From the NCBI GenBank assembly GCA_950097015.1, contig CATNEN010000010.1, forward strand, positions 1,054,001-1,118,000: a stretch of DNA of 64,000 nucleotides, read 5' to 3'. The notes below the pieces were generated by a model. That model was not told the origin of the DNA. It made no database searches and was given only the letters and a program-made list of their open reading frames with translations. This document shows positions 35,563 to 47,149 of the stretch, piece after piece. The DNA comes from Macrostomum hystrix. Its lineage: Eukaryota; Animalia; Platyhelminthes. The position numbers were made by a program, and so were the translations under genes. Position 1 is the first letter of the stretch, and each line of letters opens with the position of its first letter.

Positions 35563-38500
35563 TCAAACAACGCAGTACTTGAACAACGCAGAGTATGACG
35601 TGGCGGCTTCATTAGCGGTGCCATACACGACGAGGTCGCTGCCAGCTGGGCCCGTCTGGACGACGAAGTCGAAGCCGGCTTCAGTCTTGCTGAAACTACG
35701 ATTTTGCACCAAAAGTTTCAGCAGGGTCGGTGAGTTCAGCCTGAACTGTACTTCAGAGTTTGCAGGCAGTCTGCCTTCACGCGGACACTCCAGAGTGACT
35801 TTCGCTTCAGACAACCCACCGTAAGTCTCTGGGAACGGCACTGGCTGCTTCATCGGGTTGACGCACTCGATTAGGAATCTCGCAAAAAGCGGCAGTTTTT
35901 TACTTTTTGAATTCCTCTCCTTGCAGAATAGCTGTAACTCATAGAACGCTATCTGACCCATTCGGAGACTGACCTTTAAACAGTCTTCTTCGGTTTCTAC
36001 GAAGCTGAATGCATCCGATCCCGAACCTTTCTCTCCAATCCTGATTGAAGCTTTTGAGGTGACTGGACTGGAAGTTGGAAACACAAGCTCACACTGTCCG
36101 TCGGCATTTCTGATGAAGAACCTCCGTCCTGCTTGGAACTGCTTTGTGAAGCCGAATCGCTCAGGGTTTGCATGAATACCATAATGCCCTCTTTCATCAG
36201 GGAACATGCTGGAGTCATTCAATGGCTTCGTGCATTCGATCAGGAAGCTCGCAATATGGCAATGATTTGAGTCGGTTGACTCAGCCTCCTTTACGAACAG
36301 ATCAAGTTTGTAGAAGCCAGCGCGCTTCATTCTCAAGTTTATCAGCAGAAACTTCTCAGTGATTTCAACAGCACACGCTCGACTGTCATGCTTCGAATCC
36401 GCCGCGTGTTCTAGACTCGCTAAAGCTGTCAATGCTTTTACTATTGGGATTTTGATCTCTTGCTCGCCATTTTCCTGACGAAGAAAAAATCCTTGCCTAT
36501 CTAAAAAGGATTTTGTGTCAATACAGCAAAGCTCAGCACTAAAACAGAATCCGTAGAAGCCCCTGAAGTCAGGGAACATACTGGAGTCATTCAATGGCTT
36601 CGTGCATTCGATCAGGAAGCTCGCAATATAGCAATGATTTGAGTCGGCTGACTCAGCGTCCTTTTTGAACAAATTAAGTTTGTAGAAGCCAGCGCGCTTC
36701 ATTCTCAACTTGATCAGCAGAGATCTGTCAGTGATCTCAAGAGCACAGGCGCGATTGTCTTCAGTTGAATCGCCGGCATACAACAGTCTCGCTAGAGCTT
36801 CCAACGGCCTTGAAATAGGAAACCTCATTTCATGGACTCCACAGTTGGTCTTGATCCAGAATGGCTGATTCGAGAAAAAATCCGAACTCAAGCCCAATTT
36901 TGAGGCACTGCCTTGCATGCCATAGTAGCCATTGGAACATGGAAACGGAAAGGAGCTCGTAGCTTCGCTTCCCCGAAGAAAGTACGAAACGATTTCTTCA
37001 GATGGTCCTCCGCGATCTAATGTCGTTCCGAAAACTCTAAGCTCCCAATTGACGCCACTGCTTGGCGGTCTGGCAGTGACAGTGGCCTCGTTGGTGCGGT
37101 GGTCCAGGACTGTGGCTATGTGCCCACGATTGCTCTGACTCTCGTCTGTTTCGGGATTCACAAATTTTGCGCTAAATATTGTTAGTTGCTTCCCAGTTCC
37201 TTTGAATTTCAGTGTCACCTCGCCATCCACATCAATGAGAGAGTGTTGGTGGGACACGAGCTCCACCTGGTGTTCGATGCAGGCTTCACTACGCTTGACC
37301 CGACTGTGGAAAGTGTTCAGGTCGATCGGAGTCTCCAGCAGCTGCCACTTCATGCTCTCCTTCATGTCGCCATTCATGTAAGGAAAGTGTGTGTCAATGA
37401 AGACTTCAGGCTCGGTGAGAAAGTGGAAGTCTGTCTCCTTTCTTTCAAACACTTTGTCCTTAGTAACGTGGCCTGCGCCCCACGTGCTCTCAATGAATCG
37501 CCATTCACCGTTGAGTTTCACGGCATTCCACGCGTGGCTCGTGTCCATGTCGGTTGTAAGCGGCTTTTTCGGGTCATAGCCGTAGCCCTTTGAATAGCCG
37601 CTTATCTTTACACACTCAATATTGAGAAGTCTGAAATGATTGATTAAAATGTTTTGTGAAGATTTTATCTTTATCTCTTTATGTCCAGCAGATTTCCTCC
37701 AAATTTATGCTGATTTCAACAAAAAATAAGAATCTGACAAAGTTCAGTCCTATTAGTGCCTTTCGCCATTTAATTTTTTTAAACTTGAAATACTCTAGTA
37801 TAATTGTAAAAGCCTGTGTCATGTGTCAAGTACGTATCCACACTGATTTTAAGTTTCACAGCAGTACTCAAGCTGATGAAGCGAATTAAAACTCACTGAT
37901 ACAGGCTGAGGCCAATGGAGGCGTAACCCTCGCACACGGACAGTCCGTTCCGAAGAACTGCCTCTGCGTTGTTTGGTGATTTCTCTCTTCTTCCAAAATA
38001 GCCATCAGTGTCGTAGCTAAAAGATAGGAAAGAATTGTATAGGAAACTTGGGAAAAATCTGTACTTTGTAAGTTTTAAATAGCTATATATCGGCTATGTG
38101 ATCACCTGATGTTGCCAGTGATCCACTTGTAGACCGCGCGAATCCTCTCCAAGTCAGAGGTGGCAGCAGAGCCCAGATAGGCTGCCAGGGTCTGCAGCGA
38201 CCGCCTAGCTTCCGGCGGAGTCTGCGGGTGTTTTCATGATGAATGACTTGGTCATGCTCAAAGATACTATAATAACTTTGTTATTAGTTATTAGTTATTA
38301 GTTATTATAGTATCTGTGGTCATGCTTTTATTTTGCATATTTTTTACTATCATGGCAGCACGGACTTCTTATATTATTTTTAATATTAGTTTTATTTTTA
38401 TTGAAATGCGCACGCCGATTGGGTGCTGGTTTTTTTGTTTCTTATTTTGTTTATTTATTGTTTATTAGTTTTTTTGTTTATATAAACGATTACTATCATG

Positions 38501-39314
38501 GCAGCACGGACTACTTATATAAACGACAACTTTGTAGTACGAGCATGGCAGGCATGCCCTCATCCCAAAATGTCCATAGAGATCCCTCAAGAAATTATCA
38601 GATATGACGGTTGAAACTCACTCTTCTGACATGCTGGTCGATTCTTTTGAGTGCAGCAAAGTCTGGCTTAAAAAGTTTGGGGTGGGAGGCTTGAGCTATT
38701 GGCTTCGGCACGTCTTCGACATTGGGCTCGACCTTGGACTCGACCTTGGGCTCGACCTTGGGCTCGACCTTGGGCTCGTCCTTGGGCTCGACCTTGGGCT
38801 CGACCTCGGGCTCGACCTCAGGCTCGACCTCGGGCTCGACCTTGGGCTCGACCTTAGCAACCAAATCCTCTGATCGAGTTGATTTCTCTGCAAGTTTCAG
38901 TCGCTTCTGGCTTGTCTCGCCCTGTCGTGAATTAAAAAAGACGAATTAAGAGAACCCTGAGTCAAGCTTTCTACTTCAAAGCGAGGGCTGGCGAGATCAA
39001 AATGAAGAGACTCAACCCTGAGTCATTGTTTAATTGCTTACAAGTTGTAATTTAACAAGTAAATGATTTTTAATAATACACTTAATGAAAGTGTATTTTG
39101 TGTTCCTCACCGTACTGACTTGCCGATCATTCTGTTTAGGCCTTGATAAAACTGACGTACTAGTGCTCAATGGTTGCAGGACAATTGGCTGAGTTCTAAG
39201 CTGCTTCGCGTCCAGCTGCTGTAGCTGCTGCTCTGCTTGGGGCTTTTCAACATTCTTAGGGTCAACTTGACCCAACGGAGCAACAGCCCGAGACTTGCTG
39301 CAGCAGCAACCCAT
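35563..39314 (-). CDS. KY/hillarin-like transglutaminase-family peptidase paralog E (~935 aa, Cys-His-Glu)
   Basis: Exons 39314-39111 (MGCCCS; donor could instead be at 39120), 38921-38622 (VEPK/VEPE repeats, DFAALKRIDQHVRR), 38221-38106 (116 nt), 38016-37897 (120 nt, SVCEGYA) and 37630-35563 (HAWNAVKL, IESTWGAG). The frame is continuous. Confidence 0.92.
38259..38318. mobile_element. 60-bp MITE of the same family as 34927-34990, 8-bp TSD GTCATGCT, in an intron of paralog E
   Basis: CAAAGATACTATAATAACT..(TTATTAG)n..AGTTATTATAGTATCTGTG, flanked by GTCATGCT at 38251-38258 and 38319-38326. Confidence 0.85.
38720..38858 (-). repeat. 12-bp coding repeat (VEPK/VEPE x ~11) in exon 2 of paralog E
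   Basis: ORF 38598..38864; DNA unit GTCGAGCCC(A/G)AG. Confidence 0.9.
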
Positions 39315-39985
39315 GGGAGCGACTATGCTTTGAGTGAGGCAATGTTCCGTCAAATCTCAGAAAGAATTATTTAACTCGCAATGATAAGATAGCGAGTTGC
39401 AAGACATCCTGCTGATACTGCCGCTACGTACTTTCGTGTCAGCCGGCGGAGCGCGGTTTGCTTGGTAAAAATTCTCTCCGAATTTAGGCTAATCTTGGCC
39501 AAGAAGTTGTCTTGGCAACCAGAACTAAAATGAGTCTCTTATCATTCTAGCACCTGTATCAGGCAGTCAGTCTAGTCGCCAACCCCAATACTTACTAGGT
39601 AACCCCAATACAATACTAGTTGACGCACCATTATCTATTTGAAAATGGGGAGAGCAGAGAACGCGTTCCTGTACTAATAGATTTTAAATTCATCGAAAGG
39701 TTTAGGCATTAGCAAAGCCATGATAGTGTGCTTATTTTCCGACAGAAATAAAATTCTAATAAAATACAGCGCTCAGTGAAGTGCTGTAGTGACTACTTAT
39801 CAATAGTGGCAGTAACATGCTCTTGAAAATTAAAATGAAAATAACGAATCACTGCGCTGTAAGCCTATACAGGCAAAAGTACATTTTAGCTTTTTTATCG
39901 TGCACCGAACAGTCATTACGGTCCAGTCATCAGTGTGAAGTCGAACCCAGAGTCCGACCTCCCGGTGCACTGACTGTGGTGTCAG

Positions 39986-40770
39986 TGTATCCTCACCCTG
40001 ACTTTCAGAGTCTGCTCAACCATCTCAAGGAGATCAGAGCACTTCTGAGGTTCGCCGTCATCGGCAGACTGCAACAGCGCGGATGCACAGATGGGCTACT
40101 GAGCTGGCAGCTTCAGTTTGATCTCGCCAGCCCTCGCTTTGAAGTAGAAAGCTTGGCTTCGCAAGTCTTTTGAGAAGCCGCACCGCTCAGGACTACGGAT
40201 GATGCCATAGAAGCCATCGAAATCTGGAAATGGATCCAGCTTCGCATTCCTCAATGATATTAACTCATAAGATGCCAGCAGGTCTAATGTCATTGCTGTA
40301 ATATCTGTTGTGCCAAACACCTGCAGTGTCCAGCTTATTCCTCAGGTTGGCAGTCTGGTGGTTACTGTGGCCTTATTAGTTGCGTGGTTTAGAACGGTGG
40401 CTATGAGCTCGAATGGGTTCGGCTCAGTTGTGCCCATAGCAAAGAGTTCCTAAGAAGCATAATTATTTGGTGGTAGGACAGTTTCAGTGGCCTCGTTTGC
40501 GTGGTGATCCAATTGAAAATCAGCTCCTCGCTAATGCCGCGGTATCTTGCAATTTTGCACTTAATGCAGTCCCAAATGCCTTCCAGTTCCTTTGAACTGC
40601 AGCGTCACTTCGATATCCACGTCAATGAGAGCCTGCTTGTGCATGGGACCGGAGCTCAATGCTCAGAGCTCAGTGCTCAGAGCTCAGTGCTCAATACAGC
40701 CTCACAATGCCTGACCCGACTGTGGAAAGTGTTCAGATCGATCGGAGTCTCCAGGAGATGGCGCTACATG
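39986..40770 (-). pseudogene. KY-like fragments: a close copy of paralog D positions ~27810-28223 (39986-40404) next to a degenerate E-like piece (~40470-40770)
   Basis: Long identical runs shared with 27810-28223 (e.g. FGTTDITAMTLDLLASYEL..FPDFDGFYGIIRSPERCGF). The second piece has stops and a 14-bp tandem insertion. Confidence 0.85.
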
Positions 40771-43700
40771 TATTGATTCTTTAAGAACAGGACTTGCACT
40801 AGTAATTCTCTCAGGACTAAAAATAACAGACACTCCCTGCTGGATTACCATAATGTGCATTTAACATGTGACAATCTAAAATTATGTAAAAAAAACCTTG
40901 GCGCCTTCAGAACCTTCAGACAGCAGCAGACAGACTCAGGAAATATTCGTATCTGACTAATTGAGTTGATTATCGAGTAACTTTGAATTCAAGTTTTCCT
41001 GATGCGCTCGCAGCTCTACGGATGACCGTACAAGCTACGGTTTGGGAATTCGTCACTTTGTTCATCACTCTGTTCATCACTTTGGTGGAAGGAGTGCTTT
41101 TAATTGTCTGTGTGCAGCAACCGATTTCTTGCTATCTCTGGCACTCCAGAGTCAACACACGAGCCTGCAACATGGAGCCTGCTGGCGGAGAAGGCTGAGA
41201 AGCGGCTCCAGCCGCACCCATAAGGCAGGCTGGGCGGATGGGGGCGCCAGTGTTTGCGCAGCAACTCCCAGCTCCCGACTGCCGCTCTCCGGTTCCCACC
41301 GGACGTGACCGAGCGGTCTCTTACAGTCTTTCTCTAGTCCAAAAACTCCGTGCCCACTCCAGTTCTCGCCATCATGTCGTCAGCTGGGAGATTCAACGCC
41401 CGGGAGTATTCTCCCATCATTCTACCTCCCTATTCCACTCAGGCTGAGTGAAACCGGACGCCGGGTGAGCAAACATGCGCATACTCGCCTGAGCACAGCG
41501 CACTGAGCTCAAATCCTGAGCGGGCAGTTGAGTAGCTGAAAAGGCGTTCCCCGGAGAGCGATTCTGGACCCACTGTCCTGTGGCACTGCTCATGAGAGAG
41601 CTCCAATTTCTGCTGAGACTGAGAGTGGAGCAGCCTGCTACACTGCAGGAGCGATGCAGGGCAAAACAAGGCAACTGAAGGAATGCCCGAGTTATCGAGC
41701 CTCGATATTTATTCTTCTACTGTGAGCTCTAGTTGATCAAATATTGCGCAACAATGAAAAAATGCATTTGAGGATTAAATCTTAGTTGAGGTGGGATACA
41801 GGTAACGGCAGTTGCTATGCATAATTATCCTGTCATGCTGTTTCGCTCTCTTCTCAACGCAGAAGCTGCCTTCTCGAGAATAAAGGGACAAATGATTGAG
41901 GAGACAAGCCCGGTCGATCCGCTTACCTCCTAGAGTCAACAAGACGCGCGAGTTCACCTCAGCTAGCAAACTCTGCCTCTACCCGAGCCCGGGTGTTTGT
42001 CCAGCCCCACCCCAGCTTTCTCCTCCGCCGCGCCAACAATGAGAGCTGCCTGTTTGCAGTTGGCGTACAATCATTGCACAGCAGAGCAACAGCTGCTCCG
42101 ATCACTGGAGTGGTGTGGGAGCGAGCCTCTTCGTGCAGTTGAAATCCGAGTCCTCGTGCTGAGGCGCAGGAAAAGAGCTTTTGTCTGCCTTCCGTGGGAA
42201 AGCCGGGCCAGCTCAGGGTTTGAGGTCCCACTCGGGCCAGTTTGCAGTTTGCCAAATTACTTCAGGCAGCGCTTGGGCAGACACTAAACTCGTGCTCATC
42301 TTTATACGAGAGTCGCTTGGCCTTTATGGATTATGTAGATTAAGTACACAAATTGTGCGTCAATGCAAGGCGTTCGTGCAGAACGCATTCGCGTGTATTT
42401 GATCTACTCTCAGCCATAGTGAAAACTGCACGTTTTTCATGTCAACTTAAGTACAGTACAGCTAGTGATTAAACTTGAACTTGATTAGGAAAAAGAATAT
42501 ATAAAAAACATGAGCACTAATGTGGGTATTCGTCTGTCAGTGGGCCTTAAGACGATCAGTGGACTGGCTTATGGTAAGACTCGGCACAGCTGATGCTTTG
42601 GTAGCAGCGAAGCGTTTCTGCAGGGCTTCTATATGAGCCCGCGAGCTTGCTGTGTCTGTGGAATTTCAGCTATGCCAAAATCTTGCCTTCTGCCGGCACA
42701 CGCGCCAGTGTGTCACTTTGGTCCACAACAAAGTCAAGTCTAAGAACGCACAGGATAAGGCGGGTGCAGCCTCTGTTAGCTCAATTAGCTGAACTGAGGC
42801 CACGACAGAGTTGGAGGCTGGACAAGGCAGCTGGGTGAGGGCGATGAAGAAAGATAAATTCTGGCTTACCTCGGATGCATCTCCGCCAGCGAGCGTGGAA
42901 CCCTGGCGGACCAGGCGGCTGCAGTGCCGGAGCATTTTATACCCCATTGTGCAGGCCCAGGCTCTGTTCAGAGACCGTGGGGTGGGCGGCGCTCGGCTTT
43001 TCCCGCATTTCCGCCTTTTTTGCCGCGGCCCGCACTCGGCCTTGTATTAATAGCCTATTACTGGCCCCGAGCTGGCAGCGGAGCGCCTCCAGAGCTGGGA
43101 CCCCAAATCGGGACAAGCCCTTCAAAATAACAGCCGAGAAGGAGGGCTGCGAAGGTCTGGCCTGGCCTTCCTCCGCTTTGCTCGCTTTATTTATGGGGCT
43201 ACAGCCAGGCAGGGAGGGAGGGAGGCTGACTGTAAAGGGGGCTTGGGTGGAGGGCAGCAACGGGCCGATGTGGCCCAGTTCTGTGCCGGAGGGAGGCCAC
43301 ACACACGGGCACACACACGCGCGCACACACACATTTGCTATACACATCGGGCCTGAGCACCCTGCCTTGCATTTACTATAGCGAGAAGGTAAACTTACGT
43401 GGCTGGGAGAGAGAGGGGCCGGCCCTGTTGGGTCAGGATGGAGGGAGAGGAGGAGAGACAGGGAGTGGAGCCTGGGGGGCTTTCAAACTGATTGGAGGCC
43501 CGCGCATTCAATGCAACCAGTCCCCGAAACCGGCAAGCAGTTCTTGTGTTTGCCAAAAGAAAACAGTCTTCTTGCCTGTGAGCGCCATTTTTCTTCTTTT
43601 GCTTACAGCGGCAGCAGCAGGAGAGATGGGGAACTGGTGGGTGGGTGGGTGGGTCAGGTTGTGTTTCTGAGACCTGGTTGGAAGGCGAGCCATGGGAACC

Positions 43701-46700
43701 AGCGGGCCTGCGTTGATAAGGAGGCAAGAGAAGGCAGTTCGCAATCACCGCGCACCGGACCAGGCCCAATTACCTGTGCGCTGCTGCTCCTTTTGTGTAT
43801 CGAGCTGCGCCCGCCTCGTACAGTTCCGCAGCTCGCAAGGTGGGCCTCCTGAGCTTGGGCGGATCCGTGCAAGGCAGCGATCGAATGAGGCGCAGATCCG
43901 GGTGAGCCACTGTTCCTGGAGCCTAAAATCACTTTGCAATTCTGAAGCCCTCGGGGAAAGGAGAAATGGGCAAGTGGGGTGGAGGGCTCACGGACAAGCG
44001 AAAGGCTCCGCTATTGGGCCGAGCTTCCCAGGGCCTCGGCTTGGAGCGCCAGTGTTGACTCGCGACTTGGAGAGGCGGGGCCTTAATGGATTCGGAACTG
44101 CGGGGCCGCGGGGTCCGAGCAGTCCGGTCAGACGCCCAGTCGAGTGGCTCAGTGAATAGACGGCGGTGCCCAAATAGAAAGCCTGCTGACATGGCGTCTG
44201 GGCCGATATGCGAGCCCAAGTCAAACAGCACTTGAACCGCTGCGACACTGTTTGTAGCTCGGGGCCGGACGGTCGCCGGACCCCCCACGGCGCACCGGGC
44301 ATCCATGACCGCGCCGCCACCAATCCCTAAGAGTCGGAAATTAACAGAGCCCAAGCCGGCCTGACACACAGAAAGATGATGGCAGAGTAAATTGCTGAAA
44401 GTTAGAAGGCTGGTTGCACTGTCGCCCACAGCGCACACAAACTGACTCTAGCCAGCACACACACACACACACGCACACACGGCCAGTTGCCTAGCATTTA
44501 TCAGAATTTATCTCTCTGCCGGCACCGCAGCCCATCTTGTCTCTCTCTGTGCTCTGGATCCCGGCCTCGGCACTCAGATCCCAGTCTGCAGCATGCGTTA
44601 ACCTCGTCCCAAACCAGCCCCGCAAGCGGTTTCCAGGCAAAATCCCCCAACAAGAAAGCTTCCCCATGAACACCAGATTTAAAAAACGTTTCGGCCGCAT
44701 ACCCGCAGTAGGCCCCAGGTTTATTGCAAGCGGCGGATGCTGCCTTATGACCTGCTGAAATTGGTTTCGCAGATTCCAACAATTTCGCTGCGGCTGAGAT
44801 TTGCTAATATACACAAGGCGCGCAGAGCAGCTTGTCGGATCCTGAAAAGCGCCCACCTGTTGTAACGACAGAGAAAAGAGAAACGAGAGGAGGGGTGCCG
44901 ACGGCTGAGGCCGCTTCCCGGCCTCTAGTGTTGTCCGTATAAACAGTGGGCCTGGAATGAGGGAAATGTGGGAGAGGCAGAGACCAGATCCGAAACCTGC
45001 TTCGCACAAGGCGGTTGTTCACTCACACACGGGCAAGACATGCACTGCACACACTGCACCGGGGATAGTAATGCCTGCCATCTGGTAAAATAGCGGCGGC
45101 GGTGGCGGCGACAGAGTTTGAATAAACAGGCGGGAGAGACCTGTTCGCGTCTTTGGAAGGGCCCAGGATTGCATGCAGCCACCCTTTGTTTGCCCTCCGA
45201 CAGAAAAGGGGCCTCACGAAAGCCAACTTTCCCTGGACTCGCTTTCCTCTCTCCCCCCGCCGTCCTTCTCTTTCCGCAGCTTTTCCGCCAGTCAACAGCC
45301 CATCGAGCCCACATGGCTGGCAACTGCGGAAAGCAGGAGGGATTGGGGACTGATTTGTTTGGCCTGGCCCTCCCCGATTTCCCATTTGAATTTCACTAGG
45401 TAGGACTGTGGCACACGAGAATGACACCCCTGCGGGTGGCGCTGCAACTGCTAATCGCTTGCGACGTGGGCGGGCAGTTCAGAGCTGCGACCTGCCGAGC
45501 GGTCATGTCTTCATCTGCCTCTCACGCAGCAGCCCAGAAACCGCTGGGTAAGCTTTTAGCAACAGAGCGAATGCTGCTGGGGGTCATCTGGCTTCGCGAA
45601 TGAACAAACGACTAGACCGAGGTTCCTCGTGCAGCGGGTCAAGTGACAAGCACTCGGGACCAGGCCTTCCGACAGGCGGGGAGAATGATTGACAGGTTTC
45701 TCCGCAGCCTCAGCCGCTCTCCACTCCGCCTCCCCCGTCCTCTCCTTCACTCCGCGCGGAAAGCCGTCCTCAAGAGGTTCGAAGCGCACCGTCCCAGCGT
45801 CACTAGCGGCGGATGCGGTGCCTGGCAAGTGGGACTGCAGCCTTCGCCACTTCTTCTACAGACCCAGCCTCTCCCCATGCAGCCAAGGGGCGGGAGACAC
45901 TCGCAAGCTGCAGGGCCAATCAATGCGATCGATCGCTCGAGGGAAGCTCTGGGCCTGCGCACGGCCCGATTCAGACAGACGTCGCCTCTGGTTCTGACCA
46001 GCTCGATCGACACTCCGGGCCGGGCCTGCTTAATGCGCATTAAAAAAATAGTTTTCGACCCAAAGCCGCCACCCCCTCCATCCAATCTCTCAGAGGCATC
46101 GCTGGTCGAAGCCTCGCAAACTGGAATCTCCAAATGCAACTCGTCCTACATGCTTGTGCGATGCCGTTTCGGTCGCTGCAAAATAATAATCGAAGCAGAC
46201 AAAAAGTTGGTGCACTGGCGTTTTAAGGCCGAAAGTGCAGTACAGTTTGAGCAGTCTAAATGCTAAAACTGTACGCAAATAGACCGGAAATCTTGGTCCA
46301 AGCTCAGCTCATGCCATAGACAATACAGATTACTGTATTGTACACGCAGTTTTGAAGTATGCTTTGGTCTTCATCCATACAGCAGCTGGACATAAACTTG
46401 AAACTCCCACTAAAGAGCCCTTTAATATTGGCAAAGACAAACAGGGCTGCTCATAAAGAAGAAGGGAAAGGGAAAGCACACTAGACTAACACAGCGGTGA
46501 GGGTTATGGCCACCGCAGTGGAAGATACACCCACCCCAACTGGTGTTTGACTAGCGGCAGGACAACAATGCCCGCCATGTTTAGCCAGCCCACCACCTGC
46601 AGATGAATATAAAGTACACACAGCGACAGGGCCACGGCAAACATTGACGCTGCCTGCAAGACAAACATTGCTCATCTAGCAGCTCAGAGCTGGCACTTGG

Positions 46701-46804
46701 CAATGCTAAGGTCTTCGCAATACAAGCCGCAATGCTTTCTTAGGCAATCGAAACAGTTGCGTAAGGGGTTTATGATCAGAACGAGAAGCGATTTAAAGCA
46801 GCAC

Positions 46805-47109
46805 AATAATAATAATAATAATTGTAGGAGGGCTGCTGGCTATGGCACACCTCTGCTGCCCATTCCGCTGGTTCCTGAACACAGTCACACAGGGCGTGTG
46901 CATCCGCCCTTCACTTTCTCATCGTCACGCAGTTTTAACTTTCACTGTGCCCTGGAGGTTGGCCCTCAAGGGTGTAAATTGCACGACAAGCCCCCAAGCC
47001 TTCTCACCGCGGCTGCGCCCCAAATAAATGTGGCCTCGCCGCGGAATCGAGCTCAGCTACGACCTTGGTGCGAGAGGCGAACGCCTTTTAGCGCTCTGCC
47101 ACTCACCCC
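46805..47109 (-). mobile_element. tRNA-derived SINE, copy 4 (internally shorter, more diverged)
   Basis: The reverse complement shows TGGCAGAGCG, GAGCTCGATTCC, the shared body and an (ATT)n tail. Confidence 0.85.
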
Positions 47110-47149
47110 GCAAAAGCAGCACAAAGGCGAACTAACACATTGTAGCAAA

